A stretch of DNA of 62,651 bases, taken from positions 1 through 62,651 of the IMG/VR virus record IMGVR_UViG_3300027816_002956; one strand, written 5' to 3'. Positions 56,397 through 62,651 of the stretch are shown piece by piece (within the stretch, counting starts at the first letter, position 1; each line of letters begins with the position of its first letter). The position numbers and the translations under genes were made by a program. Under the pieces are notes generated by a model that did not search any database, was not told where the DNA came from, and saw nothing but the letters and a program-made list of their open reading frames with translations. Source of the stretch: a virus. Lineage: Duplodnaviria > Caudoviricetes.

Positions 56397-57223
56397 AAAA
56401 GATTTTAATTATGGGTTTACCTGGTTCAGGTAAAACTATGTTGGCATCAGCATTACAAAAATATTTACAAGATCATAGTATATTGTTTCATGTAAATTCA
56501 GAATCAATTGATGCAAGTAAAGCAGTAGTTAAATGGATTAATGCTGATGATGTACGTAAAAAATATAATGATTGGGACTTCTCTCATGAAGGTCGTATCC
56601 GTCAATCTATTCGTATGCGTGAATTAGCTGATAGTTTTCTAAATGATTTTGTGATTGCAGATTTTGTTGCACCATTACCAGAAATGCGTAATAATTTTAA
56701 GGCTGACTGGACAATTTGGGTTGACACGATTGATAAAGGTCGTTTTGAAGATACAAATAAAATGTTTGTGCCGCCTGAAGTATATGACTTCCGTGTGACA
56801 GAACAAAACTGTGAAAAATGGGCTGAGTTTATTGGCAACCATATTTTAGAAAATCGCCGTAGACCGGTATTTGATTGGAAAAAAGAAACTGTTGAAATGT
56901 TAGGTCGTTGGCAACCATGGCATCCTGGCCATCGTGCATTATTTGAGCGTGCGATTGCAAAAACTGGTCAGGTTTGCATTATGATTCGTGACTGCCAAGG
57001 TTGGAATGGTTCAAATCCTTTTGCTGCGAATCAAGTAAAAGAATTAATTAAACGTGACCTTGATCCACTTTTTCAGGGTCAATATGAGATTCTTTTGGTA
57101 CCAAATATCGTCAATATAACTTATGGTCGTGATGTAGGATATAAAATTGAACAAGAGGTTTTTGATGATCAAATACATGCCATCTCTGCTACGAAAATTC
57201 GTGAGCAAATGGGTCTAAAATAG
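56393..57223 (+). CDS. Adenylyl-sulfate kinase-like domain fused to an HxGH nucleotidyltransferase domain
   Basis: MGLPGSGKT P-loop, INADDVR, DFS.EGR and ADFVAP; C-terminal LGRWQPWHPGH, GRDVGY and ISATKIR. Confidence 0.82.
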   Translation: MKKILIMGLPGSGKTMLASALQKYLQDHSILFHVNSESIDASKAVVKWINADDVRKKYNDWDFSHEGRIRQSIRMRELADSFLNDFVIADFVAPLPEMRNNFKADWTIWVDTIDKGRFEDTNKMFVPPEVYDFRVTEQNCEKWAEFIGNHILENRRRPVFDWKKETVEMLGRWQPWHPGHRALFERAIAKTGQVCIMIRDCQGWNGSNPFAANQVKELIKRDLDPLFQGQYEILLVPNIVNITYGRDVGYKIEQEVFDDQIHAISATKIREQMGLK

Positions 57224-57228
57224 TAACC

Positions 57229-57290
57229 TGAAATCGACCAGAGGGAATAAATTATAAATAGACTATAAAACACCCCTCAGGATCGATTCA
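57229..57290 (+). promoter_or_regulatory. Imperfect inverted repeat sequestering the AGGA RBS, with a perfect late promoter TATAAATA (57253-57260) in its loop
   Basis: TGAAATCGACCAGAGGG (57229-57245) pairs with CCCTCAGGATCGATTCA (57274-57290) over about 15 bp; ATG at 57293. Confidence 0.75.
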
Positions 57291-57292
57291 AA

Positions 57293-59005
57293 ATGACAAC
57301 AAAAATTTCTGGCGCACAGATTCAAAATTATACAGTTGAAACAGAACAACTATCTAATACCGCAGTAGCTGCCTTTGCAAAATCTCTAGCACCAAAAATT
57401 ACCACAGTTAATGTTGCAAATAGTTCTTATACTGTACTAGACGATACAGCTGTAAATGTAGGTGGTGGTTACATTGTCATTACTGGTGCTGAATTTCAAT
57501 CGGGAGCATCCGTATTAATTGATGCTACTCCTGCAACTTCTGTAACATACATAAACTCAACAACACTTAGAGCAGAAGTTCCTTCAAAGTCTGCTGCATC
57601 ATATAATCTCTACGTGGTCAATCCAGATGGAGGCACAGGTATTCGTGTTGCTGGGATTACTTATTCAGCAACACCAACTTGGGTTACTGCAAGTCCATTA
57701 TCAAATCAACCTGCTAATGTATCATTTAATGTATCTTTAAGTGCTACATCAGCAACATCTTATTCTAATACCACAGCATTACCAGCAGACACTCAATTAT
57801 TAAGTAACGGTTATTTTTATGGTACAGTTACAATTGGTGCCGAAACTACTTATACATTTACTGTAAGAGCAACTGATGCTGAATTGCAAGATGCGGATAA
57901 GACATTTCAGGTTACGGTGACGGTTGGGCCGCCACCTGGATCTTTGTATATTTTAGCATGGCTATCTGAATTTGGAGGTTCTGGCTTAAATGATACAGTA
58001 AGTAGATCCAGTCCAGTTCAACTTGGATCTAGTACAAATTGGTCAATTCTTGCTACAAGAAACTATAGTGTAGCAGCAATTAAAACTGGTGGCACGCTAT
58101 GGACATGGGGTTACAATGGCCAGGGCCAGTTAGGACTTAATGCTATAGTAAATATATCCAGTCCAGTTCAAGTAGGAGCCAGTACTAATTGGAGTTCAGT
58201 TAGTGAGGCAGCTCAAACTTATTGTTCAATTAAAACCGATGGCACTTTATGGGTCTGGGGGACTGCTGATAGCGGTAAGTTAGGACTCAACTCAATTACA
58301 GTACATAGATCCAGTCCAACTCAAGTAGGATCTGCTACCAATTGGAGTAAAGTAGTAGGTGATTATAATACAAGATTTTTAGCACTTAAAACGGATGGTA
58401 CATTGTGGGGATGGGGAAATAATACCTGGGGCGAGCTAGGACTTGGAGATAGAATCAATAGATCCAGTCCGACTCAAGTAGCTGGTATTACTTGGAATAA
58501 TATTTGGGCCGGCCGCAATCATGTAATGGCTTCAAAAACAGATAATACTATATGGGGTTGGGGATATGTTGCGGCAGGCTCATTAGGAAATAATTCTATT
58601 GTCAACAGATCCAGTCCAGTTCAAGTTTTGTCTACAATTGATTGGAGTAAATTAGTTTTAGGTGATTATTTTACGGTTGGTTTAAAAAGTAATGGCACTC
58701 TTTGGTCTTGGGGTAGTGATACTTATGGAAATTTAGGATTAAATAGTCGAAATGTTTATAGATCTAGTCCAACTCAAATTGGAAGTAACACGACATGGAG
58801 AAATGTTTTTCTGGAACCAGGATCATCGAGTCCAATAGCCATTAAAACTGATGGCACTTTATGGGTATGGGGTGGTAATATGGGCACTCTTTTAAATTTA
58901 CCATTGGCAACTCATAGATCCAGCCCCGTTCAAATAGGAACACAAACATATTGGGCAAATACTAATATCTTCGGAACTAATTATGCATATTTAGCCAAAT
59001 TTTAA
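57293..59005 (+). CDS. IPT/Ig-like domains plus RCC1/BLIP-II repeat propeller, paralog 2
   Basis: Same architecture as 50496-52223 (LDDTA.N, V.NPDGGT.IRV.G, ATD.ELQD...TF..TVTVGPP) and seven SSP.Q repeats. Confidence 0.85.
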   Translation: MTTKISGAQIQNYTVETEQLSNTAVAAFAKSLAPKITTVNVANSSYTVLDDTAVNVGGGYIVITGAEFQSGASVLIDATPATSVTYINSTTLRAEVPSKSAASYNLYVVNPDGGTGIRVAGITYSATPTWVTASPLSNQPANVSFNVSLSATSATSYSNTTALPADTQLLSNGYFYGTVTIGAETTYTFTVRATDAELQDADKTFQVTVTVGPPPGSLYILAWLSEFGGSGLNDTVSRSSPVQLGSSTNWSILATRNYSVAAIKTGGTLWTWGYNGQGQLGLNAIVNISSPVQVGASTNWSSVSEAAQTYCSIKTDGTLWVWGTADSGKLGLNSITVHRSSPTQVGSATNWSKVVGDYNTRFLALKTDGTLWGWGNNTWGELGLGDRINRSSPTQVAGITWNNIWAGRNHVMASKTDNTIWGWGYVAAGSLGNNSIVNRSSPVQVLSTIDWSKLVLGDYFTVGLKSNGTLWSWGSDTYGNLGLNSRNVYRSSPTQIGSNTTWRNVFLEPGSSSPIAIKTDGTLWVWGGNMGTLLNLPLATHRSSPVQIGTQTYWANTNIFGTNYAYLAKF

Positions 59006-59036
59006 GTAATTATAACAAGTATAATACAGGACTATT

Positions 59037-59987
59037 ATGGCCGCTCCAGCTACCAGACAACAATTCAAAGATTACTGCCTACGTAGGTTAGGGTTTCCAG
59101 TAATTCAAATTAACGTTGATGATGATCAAGTAGAAGATCGTATTGACGATGCACTTCAGTTTTTTCATGACTATCATTTTGAAGGTTGTGAAAAAATTTA
59201 CATGAAGCATAAATTTATACAAGAAGATATTGATAGACAATGGATATATTGTCCTGATCCAGTTCTTTTTGTAATTGGTGTTATGCCATTCGATGATTCT
59301 AATTCATCGGTAAATATGTTTGACTTGCGTTATCAATTGCGCCTGCATGACCTCTATGACTTTACATCAGTATCTTATGTGTCATATGAAATTACTATGC
59401 AACACATTCGTACATTAAATCTGTTGTTCTCAGGTACTCCACAGTTTCGTTTCAATCGTCACCAAAACAAACTCCATCTTGACATTGATTGGGAAAGAGA
59501 TGCGACAGTTGGTGAATATGTTGTCATCGAATGTTATCGTAAAATGAATCCAGATACCGTGTCAATTACAGGTTCAGTATCGGCCACAAATGCAGCCAAT
59601 ACACTTACAGGTACAAATACTAAATTTGACCAGGAATTATTAGAAGGTGATATTGTAACGGTCAATGGTACTGATCTACAAATCAAAAGAATTTTATCAC
59701 CAACAGAAATACAATTAACAAAAACACCAACAGAAGGCATTTCTGGTACAGCAACGATTGCTGGACTTTCAGATGTTTGGGACAATCGTTTTATGAAAAG
59801 ATATACCACCGCTCTTATCAAAAAACAATGGGGTGAGAACATGAAAAAGTTTGGTGGTATACAAATGCCAGGTGGTGTAACATTAAATGGTAAAGAAATT
59901 TATGATGAAGCAGTTGAAGAAATTACAAAGATAGAAGAAGAAATGATTGCAAACAATGTTCTGCCATCAGACTTCATAATGGGATAA
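59037..59987 (+). CDS. gp13: Neck protein (T4 gp13)
   Basis: YCLRRLG.PVIQINVDDDQVEDRIDDALQ and ALIKKQWG.N..KF.G.QMPGGVTLNG..IYDEA motifs. Confidence 0.94.
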   Translation: MAAPATRQQFKDYCLRRLGFPVIQINVDDDQVEDRIDDALQFFHDYHFEGCEKIYMKHKFIQEDIDRQWIYCPDPVLFVIGVMPFDDSNSSVNMFDLRYQLRLHDLYDFTSVSYVSYEITMQHIRTLNLLFSGTPQFRFNRHQNKLHLDIDWERDATVGEYVVIECYRKMNPDTVSITGSVSATNAANTLTGTNTKFDQELLEGDIVTVNGTDLQIKRILSPTEIQLTKTPTEGISGTATIAGLSDVWDNRFMKRYTTALIKKQWGENMKKFGGIQMPGGVTLNGKEIYDEAVEEITKIEEEMIANNVLPSDFIMG

Positions 59988-59990
59988 TGT

Positions 59991-60941
59991 GTGGCTACAA
60001 ACTTTTATTTCCAACTTTTCCCACAAGAGCAGATCACCAATGAACAACTGCTTGTTGAAGATTTAGTGATTGAAGCTATGGGAATCTATGGCATGGATGT
60101 TTACTATCTGCCAAGATCCAGTCGAGCAACAGAAGATTATTTGTATGGTGAAGATACAGTAAAACAATATCGTTCAGCACATCCAATTGAAATGTACCTT
60201 GAAAATGTCACAGGTATGGATGGCGAACAAGATTTTATTTCTAAATTTGGTTTAGAAATTCGTGATGAAATTACATTCTTAGTTTCTCGCCGCAGATTCA
60301 AGTATACTGTAGGCGCCACAAACTTTCAAACACCTATTCTTGGTGATATTATACCAGAAGAAAACAGAGCACCAACTCGACCAAGAGAGGGAGATTTAGT
60401 TTACATTCCTCTCATGAGGAACTTCTTTGAGATTACATTTGTAGAACATGAAAACGATCAGGCCATGTATTATACTTTAGGCCGTGGTCGTGGCGGTAAT
60501 GTTTATGTCTATGCACTAAAATTAAAACAATACGTATTCTCTGAAGAAATTATTTCTACAGGTATACAAGAGATTGATGATGAAGTATTTGACCTGTACA
60601 AGAGAACAAGACTTACAGTACAATTAACTGGGGGTTCTGGTACATTTACACCAGGAGAAATAGTATATCAAGGTGCAGATTTGGCCAATGCAAGTGTTCA
60701 GGCAGTTGCACATACATGGAAACAAGGCCAATGGCTTGATGTAATTAAAACACAAGGTACATTTGTTGCCAATGTTCGTGTAAAAGGTGCAGACAGTAAT
60801 GCATCTTGGACAATGGCAAGTACAGATGATAAAGTTAATTTTGATACCGCATTTGAAGATATTGCAGATAATAATCGTATAGAAACTGAGTCTGATTTAA
60901 TTGTAGATTGGACAGAAACAAACCCATTTGGTGGTGATTAA
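59991..60941 (+). CDS. gp14: Neck protein (T4 gp14)
   Basis: EQLLVEDLVIE...IYG.DVYYLPR, SKFGLEIRDE, RPREGDLVY.P....FEITFVEHE and E.NPFG end; GTG start. Confidence 0.93.
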   Translation: MATNFYFQLFPQEQITNEQLLVEDLVIEAMGIYGMDVYYLPRSSRATEDYLYGEDTVKQYRSAHPIEMYLENVTGMDGEQDFISKFGLEIRDEITFLVSRRRFKYTVGATNFQTPILGDIIPEENRAPTRPREGDLVYIPLMRNFFEITFVEHENDQAMYYTLGRGRGGNVYVYALKLKQYVFSEEIISTGIQEIDDEVFDLYKRTRLTVQLTGGSGTFTPGEIVYQGADLANASVQAVAHTWKQGQWLDVIKTQGTFVANVRVKGADSNASWTMASTDDKVNFDTAFEDIADNNRIETESDLIVDWTETNPFGGD

Positions 60942-61768
60942 TGTTAAACAACCCTTTTTATTATAATCGAACAATAAGAAAGGTGGTTGTTGCCTTTGGT
61001 ACTTTGTTTAATGATATACAGGTACAAAGATTTGTAAACAATACACCAAAAGAAATTTTTAAAGTGCCGTTGTCATATGGTTCTAAAGAAAAATATATGA
61101 CACGACTGGCTGCTGACCCCAATTTGACCAAGTCGGTTGCAACAGTTGTACCGAGAATTTCATTTGATCTTACAGGTATAAGTTATGATACTAGCAGAAA
61201 ACAAATTACAACACTAAAAAACTTTTCTGCAAATACTTCTACGGCTTTCAATAGACAGTATGTTCCTGTACCATATGATTTTAATTTTTCTATGTCGATC
61301 TATGTTCGGAATACAGAAGATGGTACACAGATATTAGAACAGATTTTACCATTCTTTACACCAGATTTTACGGTAACTGTAGACTTTATTCCTACAATGG
61401 ATCAAAAATATGATTTGCCTATCATATTGAATTCTGTAAATACGATCACAGATTATGAAGGCGATATGATGAGTACTCGTTTAATTACATGGGACTTAGA
61501 GTTTACTGCAAAAGGATATATTTGGCCAATTCTTAAAACTGGTAAAGTTATTCGTCAGGCCAATACCAATATATACTTACAGGCTAATACAACAACATAC
61601 AATTTGGTGCAGTCATATATTATAACACCTAATCCAATTGATGCTGAACCTGATGATGAGTTTGGATTTACAGAACAAACTAGTGAAGAATTAAATTATA
61701 CGTATTTGGTTGATTCAAATGGTAATTATATTATAACCGAAACCGGATTAAAAATAAGAGAAGAATAA
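60941..61768 (+). CDS. gp15: Tail sheath stabilizer / tail terminator (T4 gp15)
   Basis: FYYNRTIRKVVVAFGTLFNDI, VPLSYG.KEK, PRISF, PVPY, QILEQILPFF.P and L.FTAK motifs. Confidence 0.94.
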   Translation: MLNNPFYYNRTIRKVVVAFGTLFNDIQVQRFVNNTPKEIFKVPLSYGSKEKYMTRLAADPNLTKSVATVVPRISFDLTGISYDTSRKQITTLKNFSANTSTAFNRQYVPVPYDFNFSMSIYVRNTEDGTQILEQILPFFTPDFTVTVDFIPTMDQKYDLPIILNSVNTITDYEGDMMSTRLITWDLEFTAKGYIWPILKTGKVIRQANTNIYLQANTTTYNLVQSYIITPNPIDAEPDDEFGFTEQTSEELNYTYLVDSNGNYIITETGLKIREE

Positions 61769-62140
61769 ATGGCAACAAAAACCATACCACAATTATCAGC
61801 ATTAGATAATGTTTCGTCTAATTTAGCAACTACACTTTTTGTTGTATATGATACTACATCAGGTACTACAAGAAAAGCCACATTATCACAAATAGATTCT
61901 GCGATTGAATCAGAATTAGGTCAAGCAATTTCAGGTGCTGTTTATGCTAATGCAGCTTTTGAAGTTGCTAATACTGCATATGCAAGCCCTATTATGTTAG
62001 AACCACTTAGTGGTTTAACAATTACTCAAAACTATACTATACCTAATAATTACAGAGGTGTTAGCAGAGGCATTGTTACTATCAATAGTAATGTTGTTGT
62101 AACTGTTTCTGAAACTGCTGAATGGGTTATCGATAACTAA
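61769..62140 (+). CDS. Hypothetical virion-associated protein
   Basis: TIPQL N-terminus, one YANAAF..AN heptad pair and an ITQNYTIP...GIVTI...VTV....WVI tail. Confidence 0.7.
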   Translation: MATKTIPQLSALDNVSSNLATTLFVVYDTTSGTTRKATLSQIDSAIESELGQAISGAVYANAAFEVANTAYASPIMLEPLSGLTITQNYTIPNNYRGVSRGIVTINSNVVVTVSETAEWVIDN

Positions 62141-62153
62141 AAAGGAATAAAAA

Positions 62154-62651
62154 ATGAGTTCAATAGTTCTAAAAGGATCAACATCAGGTACAGTAACATT
62201 ACAACCTGCTGCTACGATTTCACCTAACGTAACATTTATTTTACCGTCAACTGATGGTAGTGCAGGACAAGTTCTTGCAACAAACGGTTCAGGTACACTT
62301 TCATTCATTACAAATGATGGTAGTGCATCATATCAGGCAGCAAACTCGGCTGGTTCATATGCTAACGGTGCCTTTACATCTGCCAATACTGCTGATCAAA
62401 AAGGTGTAAGTGCTGGTTCATATGCTAATTCTGCATTTGGTGTAGCTAATTCAGCTTCAAGTTATGCTAATGGTGCCTTTGCAGCAGCTAACACCGCAGA
62501 CCAAAGAGCTGTAACTTCTGGTGACTATGCTAATTCTGCATTTGCCAAAGCTAACACACTATTTAATGCCACAGCTGTAATTCATGCAAATACGATTACT
62601 GCAAATACTATTTCTTCGATAAATTTAGTTTCATCAAATACTGTTGTAGCA
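62154..62651 (+). CDS. Fibre-like protein, truncated by the window end
   Basis: Not in the ORF track. AGGA RBS, then MSSIVLKGSTSGTVTLQPAA...LPSTDGSAGQVLATNGSGTLSF followed by the same ANSASSYANGAF/ANTADQRAVTSG heptads; open to the end of the window. Confidence 0.82.
   Translation, partial: MSSIVLKGSTSGTVTLQPAATISPNVTFILPSTDGSAGQVLATNGSGTLSFITNDGSASYQAANSAGSYANGAFTSANTADQKGVSAGSYANSAFGVANSASSYANGAFAAANTADQRAVTSGDYANSAFAKANTLFNATAVIHANTITANTISSINLVSSNTVVA

Noticed and set aside
51150-58960. Recurrent agatccagtccagttcaa-like motifs as regulatory or CRISPR repeats
   Set aside because: They encode the RSSP(V/T)Q motif of RCC1 repeats at roughly 150-bp spacing.
510-62308. Many short alternate-frame and antisense ORFs (e.g. 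8514-8894, 10881-11105, 11277-11534, 20335-20664, 30251-30664, Met/Leu-rich ORFs in the fibre genes, 62015-62308)
   Set aside because: They lie almost entirely within well-supported genes and reflect the codon bias of Ala/Asn/Gly repeats; no recognisable motifs.
1-62651. Stop-codon reassignment, as seen in some large phages
   Set aside because: Genes are full length and densely packed under the standard code, and TAG (gp4, gp8, 57223) and TGA both end conserved proteins at expected positions.
1-62651. tRNA/rRNA genes, introns, inteins, homing endonucleases, integrase or transposase
   Set aside because: Intergenic gaps are all under about 70 nt and no such motifs were recognised; gp4 is the conserved head-completion nuclease, not a mobile TnsA.

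Overview
AT-rich genome segment of a large T4-like myovirus (Caudoviricetes, standard genetic code) covering the tail/baseplate/neck module. The order is gp51(partial)-gp26-gp54-gp2-gp4 on the minus strand, then gp48-gp53-hub(gp27-like)-split gp5-fibre+gp38-like adhesin-gp25-gp6-gp7-gp8-VrlC-like, about 34 kb of accessory fibre and enzyme genes, and gp13-gp14-gp15. Two enzyme islands sit inside the structural genes. The first (28131-36683) has four radical SAM/SPASM enzymes, a 199-aa protein with a SCIFF/ranthipeptide-like (CQxx)n tail, two paralogous AT-rich helical proteins and an ErpA Fe-S carrier, with no peptidase or transporter. It is the best candidate for an undescribed phage system that post-translationally cross-links a probable virion protein. 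The second (52282-57223) has a sulfotransferase-GT9 fusion, a GT25, a 2OG-Fe(II) oxygenase, a methyltransferase and an APS kinase-nucleotidyltransferase fusion, between two RCC1-repeat paralogs. Non-coding signals read from the sequence are a T TTT TTC slippery site joining gp26 to gp51 in the -1 frame, T4-type late promoters (several positioned to give leaderless mRNAs), and RBS-occluding hairpins overlapping late promoters just after both enzyme islands. All family assignments come from motif recognition and gene order, not from database searches.
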